Source: Octopus vulgaris (lineage: Eukaryota). From it: DNA of 64,000 nucleotides. Made by a program: the position numbers and the translations under genes. The notes beneath the pieces were generated by a model. It did not search any database and was not told where the DNA came from. It saw only the letters and a program-made list of their open reading frames with translations. Positions 40,951-54,592 of this stretch are shown here, piece by piece (position 1 is the stretch's first letter; the number at the start of each line of letters is the position of its first letter). Location of the stretch: the NCBI GenBank assembly GCA_951406725.2, contig OX597821.1:77004001-77068000 (forward strand), written 5' to 3'.

Positions 40951-41630
40951 GGTGGTGGTGGTGGTGGTGGTGATAATGATTTTCTGTTGACGGTTCCTTA
41001 GGATTCCTGTCGGTTAATGCATCTTCTAGATGGCAGCAGCCATCATCATTTGATTAGTCGCCATCATAGACTGGATAATTTAACGATATCTGTCCGTAAT
41101 AAGAATCTTTTCACTACATGACAACAACAATAAGCTTCTTAGGGTCTCAATGTAAAATCTAATTGATGGATACAGCGGTAAAAGCTAGCAATACTATTAA
41201 TTGCTTAGAGTCTAGTCACACAAGACCGTCATATCTTAAACTCGAGCCAACATGCTTTGTGATGGTAACTTAAGAACAAGAAGCTTCCTTTTTAGTCAGA
41301 CCATCTTTACCCAACACATGATTTCTCTGTATTTTACGCTCATTTCTTTCTCTCCCTGTCCCTCCTCTCTCCCTTTCTCCCTCTCTCCCCCTCTCTTTCT
41401 CACTCTCTGTCTCTCGCGTTTTTATTTGGCCTGCCATTCAGCTTGGTCGACGAACGAAAAGTTTTTTTGCCGTCGATGAGCCGAGAAAGAACATTTTTGG
41501 GATTTTACAAATGTCCTCGTACATCTAAGACGGTGTATTCAACGGAAGTGCTTGTCATTTCCTTTTAAATAGAACAGAAGAGAGAAAAAGAGAGCAAAAA
41601 GCAAAGTAAAAAAGGTAGAACAAAAAGAAG

Positions 41631-41708
<78 letters not shown>

Positions 41709-41933
41709 TGTGAGTGTGGAGTGAGATAATGAAATAGAGGAGTGGAAGAGAAAGGATACAGACACAAGAAAAGAATGCGAAAACAACAAATCAACAACAA
41801 AAATATAATGGATGACATATTTCGGAGATTGTTATGGAGTCGCGAATTGAATCTAAATGTGAGAAACGCAATTGCGTTAATGCTACGTAAAGTCAGTTTG
41901 TCTTTTACACGCGTACACAAACACACAAACAAA

Positions 41934-42044
<111 letters not shown>

Positions 42045-42404
42045 GCACACACGCACTAGCACGCGCGGTGGCATACTTATTTTTACAAGAAAAGAGATGA
42101 AAGTGACTTCGAAGTTAAGGTCTGCTAAGCCTTCGTCGGACTTGCAGCTTCGAAGACATTGTTGGGCCCTTCTTATAACAGTTTAATAAACACGCATTAT
42201 ACGATGAAGTTAAAGTGTTTATAACTCAACATAAACATACACACACACACACGCGCACACACACACATATATATGTATATGTGTGTATGTATGTGTATAT
42301 GTATGTGTGTGTGTATGTATGTGTGTGTGCAAGTATGTATGTATATATGTATGTGCGTATCTATATATGTATATATGCTTATGTATATTCTTTTATTTAA
42401 TTCT

Positions 42405-43386
<982 letters not shown>

Positions 43387-43419
43387 TCACCCACGTGCTT
43401 TACCAAACAAACTTTCTTA

Positions 43420-43489
<70 letters not shown>

Positions 43490-43494
<5 letters not shown>

Positions 43495-43640
43495 GGCTTC
43501 TTTCAGTTTCCGTCTACCAAATTCACTCACAAGGATTTGCTCGGTCAGAGGCTATAGTAGAAGACCCTTGCCCACGGTGCCACGCAGCGGGACTGAACCC
43601 GGAATCATGTGGTTGATAATCCAGCTACTTATCACACAAC
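43490..43640 (-). mobile_element. SINE family B 5' fragment
   Basis: CTTTCAGTTTCCGTCTACCAAA...GGGACTGAACCCGGAATCATGTGGTTG. Confidence 0.85.
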
Positions 43641-43662
43641 CTTATATATATATATATATATA

Positions 43663-43885
43663 TATACAATATGTTACATTACTCGGTAGTCAAGATAAAA
43701 CTCTGAGTTTCAGATGCCGAAGTGGAAATCCACAACACCATCTCTTCGGTTATCTGGCTATTTGAAAACGTTCATAACGTTTTCAAATAGCCAGATAACC
43801 GAAGAGATGGTGTTGTGGATTTCCACTTCGGCATCTGAAACTCAGAGTTTTATCTTGACTACCGAGTAATGTAACATATTGTATA
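43663..43885. repeat. Perfect palindrome with 110-bp arms and a 3-nt spacer (CAT)
   Basis: 43663-43772 reads as the exact reverse complement of 43776-43885 by eye. Confidence 0.95.
43793..43855 (+). ncRNA. Type I hammerhead with CCGAAGA core (mirror copy on the - strand at 43693-43755)
   Basis: agataa-CCGAAGA-gatg[..gtgga..tccac..]catct-GAAA-ctc-a-gag-TT-ttatct. Confidence 0.7.
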
Positions 43886-43953
43886 GATAAATTTCCTCTA
43901 TTTACATAATATTGAGGTCTCTTTCTTTCTTTTGTTATCTTACCGTTTTATCA

Positions 43954-44037
<84 letters not shown>

Positions 44038-44041
<4 letters not shown>

Positions 44042-44280
44042 CCATGCTGGGGAACCGCCATTTAGCGTTGCCACATAACTTTTACTTCACTAATTCATTT
44101 TGGAATTTGGTATTTGGTGCATTAGGGAGTTTGACGCCGCTGCCCTCATTTGCACTTCCTGCTGTGAAGTTAGTTCACCTGGGACTCTTGACACTAAGAG
44201 ATCTAGTTTCGTTTTGAAGACACCTACATCCACCCCATGCACGTCTCTCTGGTCCTTCAGCCCAGCTGTTGCAAATCTTT
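44038..44280 (-). pseudogene. CR1/L2-group LINE 3' end
   Basis: DVHGVDVGVFKTKLDLLVSRVPGELTSQQEVQMRAAASNSLMHQ, then GGCGGTTCCCCAGCATGGCCAC. Confidence 0.85.
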
Positions 44281-44359
44281 AAATTGCTTCAGCTTCAAAG
44301 CTGCAGTCATGCTGGGGGTATCAACGTTGACTGTGCTACGCCATTATGTAAAATCTCCA

Positions 44360-44545
44360 CGACGGGCGAAATGCTTAGGAGCATTTCGTCGCCGTTATGT
44401 TCTGAGTTTAAATTCCGCCGAGGTAGATTCTGTCTTTCATCCTTTAGGGGTCGATAAATTAAATACCAGTTGACTACTGGGGTCGATGTAATCAACTGGC
44501 CCCCTCCCCGAACTTTAGGCTTTGTTCCTATAGTAGAAAAGATTA
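44360..44545 (+). mobile_element. SINE family A inserted in the 3' UTR of a LINE
   Basis: Family A body. The LINE tail remnant lies at 44285-44325 and the LINE ORF at 44562-44880. Confidence 0.8.
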
Positions 44546-44561
44546 TTTCAAACCTCCTCTG

Positions 44562-44880
44562 ATGTGTGGAATTTGGTGAATGACGGTATTTGATGCTGCT
44601 GCCCTCATCTGAGTTTCCTGACGCGTGGGAGGCTCATCTGGAACCCTTGACCGGAGGAGATCCAGTTTTGTTTTGAAAACACCTACATCCACACCACGCA
44701 GGTCTCTCAGTCATTTTGGAAGGATATTGAAGAGCTGCGGACCCTCGAAACCCAAGCTGTTGCAATATCTGGTTCTGTATTTTGATAGGGATGCTGGGAT
44801 CTTTGGCACTACACATTATTCTTACACAAGAGTATTTTTGACGCTGACTTCGAACTTTCGGTTAGCGAAGCCATCATAGG
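44562..44880 (-). pseudogene. CR1/L2-group LINE ORF2 C-terminal remnant
   Basis: CVVPKIPASLSKYRTRYCNSLGFEGPQLFNILPK*LRDLRGVDVGVFKTKLDLLRSRVPDEPPTRQETQMRAAASN. Confidence 0.85.
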
Positions 44881-45017
44881 ATTGCAATAAGCAGTCAGAT
44901 GAGGGCTTATCTAGCTGAAACTTCTAGGTCACAGCCAGTAATATTCGTACTTAAGAACAAGGAATTTGTACTCTACAAAAGTACAAATTAAACTTTCAAA
45001 TTACTGGACATAAAAAC

Positions 45018-45049
<32 letters not shown>

Positions 45050-45098
45050 GCATGTATGTATATGTATGTATATCTATGTATGTGTGAGTGTGTATATA

Positions 45099-45171
<73 letters not shown>

Positions 45172-45511
45172 GTATATATACAGACATACATGCATATACA
45201 TATATACATGCATATTCATATATCCATATACATATGTGTGTATGTGTGGTATGTGTGTATGTATGTATGTATGTATGTAAGTGTTCTTTCCTATCCCCTC
45301 AACACGCTTCTGCATCCCTGTGGTCACAGCTAGAATCCCTATTGGTTTCATCACAAAGCACCCATGCAGCTTTTATAGAAGTGGAGAAAATACTTTTCTG
45401 TTAATTAATGTTTTACCACTGTTTTATCATTGTTATTTTTTGTTTTTGTCGTTTTCTTTATCTTCTTCTTGTCATTGCCGACATTGTTGCTGATTGTTGG
45501 TATGTCTAAGC

Positions 45512-45550
<39 letters not shown>

Positions 45551-45612
45551 TGTGTGTGTATGTACATATGTACTTATATATATTTATTTATCTATGAATG
45601 TATGTATGTATG

Positions 45613-45666
<54 letters not shown>

Positions 45667-46218
45667 TGTGTGTATATATATGTATATATATATACAAATG
45701 CATACATATATAAATACACACACACGCGCATTTTCATGTATATAATACACACGCGAATATAAGACACACACTTACACGCAATCACCAACACCCACACACA
45801 CATATATGTGCATGAGTGAGCTTGAAAGTGTGTGTACGTTTGAATATTCAAGAATGGGTCAAAAGTACTCAATCCATGGTGTACTTTAAAATTATTGTAA
45901 GAACACAGTCGTCTTCTCTGTCGCTAATCAGGATTTCACGTAATTCAAGCTTCATAAACCAACAAATGCTGTGTCCATAGATGCATACATGCACATACCT
46001 ACCCACCCACCCACCAACCTACCTACATTAATGTATGCATGCATGCATGCATACATGCATGCACCCATCCATACATCCATCCATCCATCCATCCATGCAT
46101 CCATACATACATACATACATACATACATACATACATACATACATACACAGATATATATGTACATACTTGTATATATACACGAGGAAACTAATTCAAGAGC
46201 TCTAAAAAGACCTCCTAA

Positions 46219-46528
46219 AGTCAGGAGGTGTGAGATTTGAATATATATTTATTTAACCACGTGACGTCCATGGATTCACGGTATTTTTGCAGGCAGTATT
46301 AATTTCATAACGGAAGAAATTAAGCATACTTGTATGTACGCTCATCATTATACAATACAATAGTATATGCACAAATTGCAAATAAAGAAAGCTAGCTCAT
46401 CAGGTCATCAGAAAATTATAATTACGCAATGAAATTAAAACTACATGAAAAAGTTTATGAAACGGCCGTAAGTCTATGGATGTTACATGGTTAAAGAAAC
46501 ATATATTAACCTCTCAAACCTCCTTACT
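46219..46528. mobile_element. MITE-like element with imperfect TIRs of about 60 bp
   Basis: AGTCAGGAGGTGTGAGA..AATATAT..TTTAACCACGTGACGTCCATGGATTCACGG is mirrored by CCGTAAGTCTATGGATGTTACATGGTTAAA..ATATATT..TCTCAAACCTCCTTACT. Confidence 0.75.
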
Positions 46529-47319
46529 ATACACACGCACACACACAGAATGCAATTTATTAACTGTATGCGGTTGACATAAGGAGAAATATGCTCACTC
46601 TTTTAAACAGAGAGAGAACAAAACTTTAAAACGTCTTATGTGAAATAAGTCAGCGTCGAATCAGCGATGCCATATAAGCGCCGTCATATAAGTGGCGCCA
46701 AAACGGCTGTGCCAAAACATCAGATATCCAAGGTTACTGTGGCCAAATATAAGTACAGTGCAGCCCTTCATGTTGTATATAAAAAAACACTGCATGACAA
46801 CATTTGTGCAATTGCTTATGAAATCGTTAAAATTTCACATTCACCTTATAACTACAGACACTGTACAATAGCGAGAACGAGTCACGCAAGATATGCGAAA
46901 CAGAATTTTAAAAAGTATACATATGCAGGAGTGGCTGTGTGGTAAGGAGCTTGCTTACCAACCATACATGCATGCATACATGCATGCGTACATGCATGTC
47001 GGTGAATTGCCATAGAGTATTTTTCCCGGGTGTTAGTGTTCTAGGTTCAAATCCTGTCATGGGAGATAGGCTTAACCCGTCGTTCGGTTTAGCATCATCA
47101 TCTGCCATCAGGGTTTTCTTTAGCGGATTTGACTCTTTCGTAAGCATTCAATCCTGGTCTCCCGGTTTGAGGCTAAGTTCAGTCTCAATGGCCGTGAAAT
47201 GGGCCATGGACACTTGGCAAAACATAAAAAATACACACACAAACAGAAAGAGAGAGATAGAGAGAGAGAGAGAAAGAGGGTCACGCACACATGCACACAC
47301 ACATATATGTGCAAATATT

Positions 47320-47878
47320 CTTTTCTCCTCTAGGCACAAGACCCGCAATTTTGGAGGAGGAGGCCAGTCGATTAGATCAACCCCAGTACGCAACTGATAC
47401 TTAATCCCCGAAAGGAACCTCGGCGGAATTTGAACTCAGAACGTAAAGACAGACAAAATACCTTTATCTTTACTACCCACAAGGGACTAAACACAAAGGG
47501 GACAAACAAGGACAAACAAGGACAGACGAACGGATTAAGTCGATTACATCGACCCCAGTGCTGAATTTATCGACCCCGAAAGGATGAAAGGAAAAGTCGA
47601 CCTCGGCGGAATTTGAACTCAGAACGCAGCGGCGGACGAAATACCTATTTCTTTACTACCCACAAGGAGCTAAACACAGAGGGGACAAACAAGAACTTTC
47701 GAACGGACTAAGTTGATTACATCGACCCCAGTGCGTAACTGGTCCTTAATTTATCGACCCCGAAAGGATGAAAGGCAAAGTCGAGCTCGGCGGAATTTGA
47801 ACTCAGAACGCAGCGGCGGACGAAATATCACTAAGCATTTCGCTCGGCATGCTAACGTTACTGCCAGCTCGCTGCCTT
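47320..47878 (-). mobile_element. SINE family A trimer (one head, three bodies)
   Basis: The CTCGGCGGAATTTGAACTCAGAACG block occurs at about 47419, 47602 and 47786. Units join at ...GTAGTAAAGA(AATAG/TAAAG)|GTATTT. Confidence 0.9.
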
Positions 47879-48014
47879 TATGTACGCCCAAGTATTATGC
47901 GTATAATATACATCTGGCATATACACAAAACCGCATGTAGTTTTGTACACACGTCCACACCTCCATTACATGTCTGTGCGCGCACGTGTGTATGCTCTTT
48001 TATTCATGCATTCT

Positions 48015-48249
48015 TTTATCGTTTTACTTGTTTCAGTCATTTGACTGCGGCCATGCTAGGGCACAACCTTGAGGAATTTTTGGCGAATGAATCGACCCCA
48101 GTACTTTTATTTATTTATTTACTTTTAAAGCCTGGTATTTACTTATTCTATCGCTAACTTACGGGAACGTAAACACACTAACATCGGTTGCCGAGCGATG
48201 GTGGGAGGACAAACAGACATAAATACACACACATAAATATATACATAAG

Positions 48250-48284
<35 letters not shown>

Positions 48285-49517
48285 ACATATATATATATCT
48301 TTATATATATAAAACTGAGAATGTGTGTCTGTCTGTCTGTTTGTCTGTGTGTTTCCCTAAAACTTGAGAACTACACAACCAATTTCATTCAATTTTTACA
48401 CATGCCTTACTTAGGGTCCATGTAGTTTCATGGGCAAAAAATGTTCAACTTCTTGCCTAGAGCGAGCCCATAGCAATATCATATCTTCTCCACTATTTCA
48501 GTATTACGTGTTAAAAGTGAAACAAAAACGTTTCTCTATTTTATGTCAGATACTTTCACTTTAACAATAAAAATAATAATAACAAATGAATTATATGTAG
48601 TAAGTAATAATTAAAATCAAACTAAAGTATAATATAATCGTAACATAACAAAAGTAAATATAGCAATTGGTATAAAATTGCATCAATGACTTGAACTTGA
48701 ATAAGTGGTTTCACATGAATGGGAATAAATTAAAATTAAAATTAGCGTGCAGAAATGGAATAGTCCAGATGGATAATAAAAAATTAAATTAAAGAAAAGA
48801 CTATTGTCTATAAAGAATACAATGTAGAGAAAAAAGATTTGAACACATGGAGGAAAGCACCTTCGAAAAGTGTCTTGGTGCGACTATGAAAGATATCTAA
48901 TCAGAGGCGGTAAATTCGCCACAATAGAAGCAAGGTTCGAGTCAACGGAACGTGCAAGGGAGTACTCGACTCGAACTTGCAAAGTGGAAATATTTTATTT
49001 TTACCTTTATATCTGGGACGTAGGACGTCCCGGATAAAAATAAAAAATGCCCCCACCCCCGAAGTAGAGGTAGGCTGGATTGTAGCCACACTTCTATACA
49101 AGAGGGAGGACAAGATACAATTGATCGAAATTACAAGAGACGGGCTAACACTTCCAGTCTGTTATATATTTTGAGTATTGTTATCACTAGCGATATCAAG
49201 ATATAACTTTGTATTTTGTATTTTATGTGTAGATGTATATATATATAGATGTACATGTAATATGTACACACATGTATACACATATATACATGCACTAGCA
49301 CTATGACCCGGCAACGACGGGTCTTTAATGCTAGTATATATATATATATATATATATACTAGCATTAAAGACCCGTCTATATATATATATATATATACAC
49401 ACGACAGGCTTATTTCAGTTTCCGTCTACCAAATCCACTCACAAGGTTTTGGTCGGTCTGAGGCTATAGTAGAAAACACGCCCCCAAGGTGCCATGGAGT
49501 GGAACTGAACCCAGAGC
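48015..49517 (-). mobile_element. SINE family B split by a Helitron (tail 48015-48290, 5' part 49400-49517)
   Basis: The two halves are collinear with 42608-43009, and the break falls in the internal microsatellite. Confidence 0.8.
48298..49334 (+). mobile_element. Non-autonomous Helitron
   Basis: A^TC 5' end followed by (GTCT)n, subterminal hairpin GACCCG-gcaacga-CGGGTC, and CTAG^T 3' end. A faint helicase C-terminal remnant (TIVYKE) lies near 48800. Confidence 0.75.
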
Positions 49518-49591
49518 TGCGTGTGTATGTATATATATATATATATGTATGTATGTATAAATATATATATATATGTATGTATCTATAAATA

Positions 49592-49645
<54 letters not shown>

Positions 49646-49659
49646 TACATACATACACA

Positions 49660-49835
49660 CGGAGCAAAATGCTTAGCGGCGAAACGTCCGACTTTACTTT
49701 CTGAGTTCAAATTCTACGGATTTTGACTTTGCTTTTCATTCTTATCGAGATCGATAAGATGAGTTTTGGGGGCCCATAAAATCGACCTAATCCCTCCTCG
49801 AAATTTCTGGCATTGTGCTAAAATTTGAAACCAGT
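49660..49835 (+). mobile_element. SINE family A, degenerate
   Basis: AAATGCTTAGCGG...TTCTGAGTTCAAATTC...GACTTTGCTTTTCAT. Confidence 0.75.
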
Positions 49836-50030
49836 ATTACTCTACATTCTATCTCTTTCTAAAGTTTGAGCACAGTTATTCAAAATCTTCCATCCACTTG
49901 AACACGTCTGGGATACAAAATATCTATATTGTTGTTTGCCTATTAAATAGTGTTTTTTCAATTAATCTTCTCTCATTGTTGGTGGTGTTGATGTAGAGAG
50001 GAGGGGCGCGAAAAGTGCAGTGAAGGCGGT

Positions 50031-50068
<38 letters not shown>

Positions 50069-50069
50069 T

Positions 50070-50243
50070 CTATAGGAGGAAGGGGGTAAATCTGAGCAGA
50101 CGACAGCTGCCTACTCTACTCCGACATCTTTTTTCCTTTTGCCTCTCAACAGCTGTTTTGAGCAACATCGAAAGGTCAAACTCTTCAACTAGCTGTTTCA
50201 TAGCGCTGCCTTCCATTCTGCCAGCCACCATTAATCTCCATAC
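50070..50243 (-). CDS. Candidate terminal coding exon (possible peptide precursor C-terminus)
   Basis: Non-repetitive and less AT-rich than its flanks. CTAAC...TAG acceptor-like site, then open frame VWRLMVAGRMEGSAMKQLVEEFDLSMLLKTAVERQKEKRCRSRVGSCRLLRFTPFLL*. No in-phase upstream exon was identified. Confidence 0.3.
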   Translation of the reverse strand, partial: VWRLMVAGRMEGSAMKQLVEEFDLSMLLKTAVERQKEKRCRSRVGSCRLLRFTPFLL

Positions 50244-50696
50244 CTACATTACGTTAGAATAGGTTATTTTAAAGAAATTTTTTCGTTTCCCCTTCACACA
50301 CACACACATACACAAACACTCACACACACACGCACGCACGCACACACATGTTTAAAGTAGAAGGAGGAGATCCTACTTGAATCTAGCTTAAACCTAATTT
50401 TTTAATGTTAACATTGGTATCCTGTTCATTATTCATCGTAACAATATTTTACCATCGCCATAAATATCTGGGATTCCATGATTTTCGCCAACAATTCTTA
50501 ATTGTCAATACTCAAAATAAAGAACTTTAGGCAGAAGACTTACCCGGGGTGATGAGATGGGTTACGAATAAAATTGTATTGTTTGATGCGATATTCTGTT
50601 TAGACATACCAACGTATACATACACGTGCATGTACTCATATGTGTGCGTAAATGTGCACGTGTGTATGTATGTGTTTGTATGTTTGTGCGTGTGTA

Positions 50697-50736
<40 letters not shown>

Positions 50737-50857
50737 TGCACGCGTACAAACATACACACACGCAGATATCTTTCAATACATCTCGCAGTAAATCTGTATG
50801 ACAAAAAGGAAATGATCTCGATGTATGAGAGAAGCGCCAGAATAATAACAATAATAA

Positions 50858-50904
<47 letters not shown>

Positions 50905-50906
<2 letters not shown>

Positions 50907-51300
50907 TTTCAAATTTTGGCACAAGGCTAGCAATTTCGGGGGATAGGTAAATCGTTTACATCGACCGTATTTTATCGACCCCTAAAGGATGAAAATCAAT
51001 GTGGGCCTCAGCGGAATTTGAACTCAGAACATACAGACGCATGAAATGCCGCTAACCATTTCGCCCGGCGTACAAACGATTCTGCTACGTGACGATTCTT
51101 ATTTTGGAAAAAGACCAATAAATTGGAGAGGAGGACGAAAAATATTGTACTGACCCCATTGCTTGTTCGATACTTATGTTATCGATCCAGAAGGGATGAA
51201 CAATAAATTTGACGTCAGCGGTTTTTGAACTAAGAACGTAAAGTAGTGAAGGAATGTCTTACAGCATTTTGTACGATACTCCACCGATTCTGCGAATAAT
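50905..51300 (-). mobile_element. Two degenerate SINE family A copies
   Basis: TTATCGA.CC...AGGATGAA...AGCGG..TTTGAACT.AGAAC occurs twice. Confidence 0.75.
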
Positions 51301-51336
51301 AATATTCACATTAGCTTACACAAACTCACACACACA

Positions 51337-51437
<101 letters not shown>

Positions 51438-51541
51438 TAATCCAAACAAGAAAACACAAAAAAACAAAAAAACACAGCAACGCGAGGACGTGGAACAAAT
51501 AAAGTATTATTGGACGCTCAGGAAAGAAGGGAAGAAGGAGG

Positions 51542-51575
51542 GTTTAATGTTTCGAGCGGGCTTTTCGTCGGAAAC
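51542..51575 (-). ncRNA. Minimal hammerhead motif with CCGACGA core
   Basis: gttt-CCGACGA-aaagc-cc-gctc-GAAA-ca-TT-aaac, within an element (about 51433-51620) abutting (TA)n. Confidence 0.55.
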
Positions 51576-52239
51576 ATAGGAGAAGGGAAGACAGAGGGAA
51601 AAAAATCGCCATCGGTAGGGGTTTATATGGTTGTGTATAGAGGGATATATATTATTCAAAGAAATTCCAACTCTGTTTTTTATGTTTTATATATATTCGT
51701 TATAATATTAATGTAGAATATAGAATATATAGTATAAATAATATATATAGTAAAATGTAATGAAGTGTTGATTGTCTTATTGAATAGATGAAATATTGAA
51801 TATAAAATATATTAAGGGACTAGTATACTTTCTTGCATTATAGCAGTCTTCAAGGTCCCAGGTTGTGACAGGAATGTTTCAACTCTCTCTTTCTCTCTCT
51901 CTCTCTATATATATATACAGCTGTGTGGTAAGTAGCTTGCTTACCAACCACATGATTTCGGGTCCAGTCCCACTGCGTGACACCTTGGGTAAGTATCTTC
52001 TATTAAAGCCTCAGCCCGACCAAACCATTTCATCCGGCGTGCTAACGATTCTGCAAGTTCGCCGCCTTATCATATTTAATGATAAATAAATTACTTACAT
52101 GTTGGCATTATTGCAAAAGACTTTCTTTCACATGAAACGCAGCTCAAATCCTGCATCACTTTGATCGAATTTTTAGCATTTTGCAATAATACAGGCCTGT
52201 AAGTAATTTATTTATTATTAAATATAATAATATAAGTTA

Positions 52240-52461
52240 TTTACTCTTTTACTTGTTTCAGTCATTTGACTGCGGCCATGCTGGAGCACCGCCTTTAGTC
52301 GAGCAAATCGACCCCTTGACTTATTCTTTGTAAGCCTAGTACTTATTTTATCGATCTCTTTTGCCAAACCGCTAAGTTACGGGGACATAAACACACCACC
52401 ATCGGTTGTCAAACGATACTGGGGGACAAACACAGACACACAAACACACACACTCACACGC

Positions 52462-52492
<31 letters not shown>

Positions 52493-52708
52493 CATATATA
52501 TATGTGTGTGTGTATGTATGTATATATATATATATCCATCTATACAACGGGCTTTCAGTTTCCGTCTACCAAATCCACTCACAAGGCTTTGGTCGGCCCG
52601 AGGCTATAGTAGAAGACACTTGCCCAAGGTGCCACGCAGCGGGACTGAACCTGGAAGCCATGTGGTTGGTAAGGAAGCTACTTAACACACAGCCACTCCT
52701 GCGCCTAT
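52240..52708 (-). mobile_element. Full-length SINE family B
   Basis: Same architecture as 42608-43009 with a longer internal microsatellite. Confidence 0.9.
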
Positions 52709-52811
52709 ATATTGGCATATTTTTTATTTACGAAACAAATTTGTCGTGATATTTTCGATTTTTCTTTTGTTAAACGAAATTTCATCTAAATATTTCTGTC
52801 ATTTATAACTT

Positions 52812-53110
52812 TGTTCCTTCTCGAGCCACGCCTGACTCATAAGGGCCGGTTTCCCAGTTTCCTTGGCATATAGGTCCCCCACCTGAACGGGACGCCAGTC
52901 CGTCGCAGGTGAGCTGCAAGATGCAGGAGGAAAGAGTGAAAGAAAGATGTGGCGAAAGAGTCAACAGAAGTTCGCCATTACCTTCTGCCGGAGCTGCGTG
53001 GAGCTTAGGTGTTTTGCTCATAAACACAAACATCGCCTGGTCTGAGATTCGAATCCGCGAACAATCGACCGCGAGTCCGCTGGTCTAACCACTAGGCCAT
53101 GTGCCTCCAC
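52812..53110 (-). mobile_element. tRNA-derived SINE, middle M1 + tail T2
   Basis: GGAGGCACATGGCCTAGTGGTTAG...GATTCGAATCTC head, tail GGCTCGAGAAGGAACAA. TTATAACTTT occurs on both sides (about 52803 and 53111) and is TSD-like. Confidence 0.85.
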
Positions 53111-53752
53111 TTATAACTTTATACACACCTTATTTTCTCTTACATATCACTATATATTCTATATGGTTTGTAGAATGATACATTAAGGAGCTTTATATGA
53201 GTACTACCGGATTACTTGAATCCACATATGACTTATAATGACTCAAAAAGTCATTATATATATATATATATATATAAATATACATACACATATACTTATA
53301 GACTTAGTTGAAAGTCTATGAGAATTACTTAATACACTTTTGAAGTGTAAAGGTAACTTAAAATTTTTTTTCTGTTATGAAATCTCTTATCAGGATGTTA
53401 CTAACCTTTTTTGGGAAGAATGTATTTTTTTTTTTCTAGTACGTAAGCACCTTCGTTAATATAAATAAATACATACACGCGCGCACACACACATATGTAC
53501 TTCGATTTTTTATTCGGTTTGCAAGGTCCTTGATGTGAATTCATGTATTGAAAGAATTTCTTGTGTCTGTGGAGGGTCATTACGCCAGTAATAAAGACTT
53601 TGTCTAAAAAAACAACCGATTGTTTAATTACTCATTAAACAGACGGTCGATTTGTTTGGTGGTTGGATATTTAACTGATTGCCTAACAGCAAAGAAGAGA
53701 CATTTAATCAGTGGGTGTGTTACTATCTCTTTTCTTTTCTCCATTTTACCTT

Positions 53753-53806
<54 letters not shown>

Positions 53807-54255
53807 TTCTCTCTCTCTTATTCTCCTCCGTTCTTTAGTCCCTCTGCTCTCTACACCTTTTTCTTCTCTCCTCCCACTGCCTCGTGACCAGTGTCCACCT
53901 AAGGCAGTGTCGTTCTTTTTCGCCTTGCTTTTGGTCCAGTCAGGTCACGTGTGTCTGGGACTCTCGCTCTCTGCCATTTTTCTTTGCGTTACTTCACTAC
54001 GATTGTTTGATACCCCAAATACCTTGTTCTGTTGTATGTATATAATTATTCTTTTTTGTGGTATTTGTATTATTAATTTTTATTTTTATGTTGTATACGT
54101 AAAATTGTTAAAATCTTTAAACTTGTCTTGTCTGTTTTTGTCCTTTATACATTCGTTAACTATTCCCAGATACTTTCTGCTCTGGCACTGCCAAGACTGA
54201 GTGATATCAATGTTAAAAGCGCGAAACCACTAGGGTATTACAGTTCTATATATAA

Positions 54256-54440
54256 GAGATGAGGAATTATGTACATTATTTACATTATTTTCATATGACG
54301 GATATTTGTCCTCATCTTGTTTGTTGTTAACACAACGTTTCGGCTGATATACCTTCCAACCTTCATCAGGTGTCTCATTCCTAAGATATTTTACGATGCT
54401 ATTATTATCATTATTATTATTATCATCATCATCATCATCA

Positions 54441-54507
<67 letters not shown>

Positions 54508-54545
54508 CATTATTATGATTATTATTATTATCATTATTATTATTA

Positions 54546-54592
<47 letters not shown>

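Noticed and set aside
54185-54245. CTGAGTGA...GAAA-CC..GG-TA hammerhead-like string
   Set aside because: Core spacing is wrong and stems I and II are not supported.
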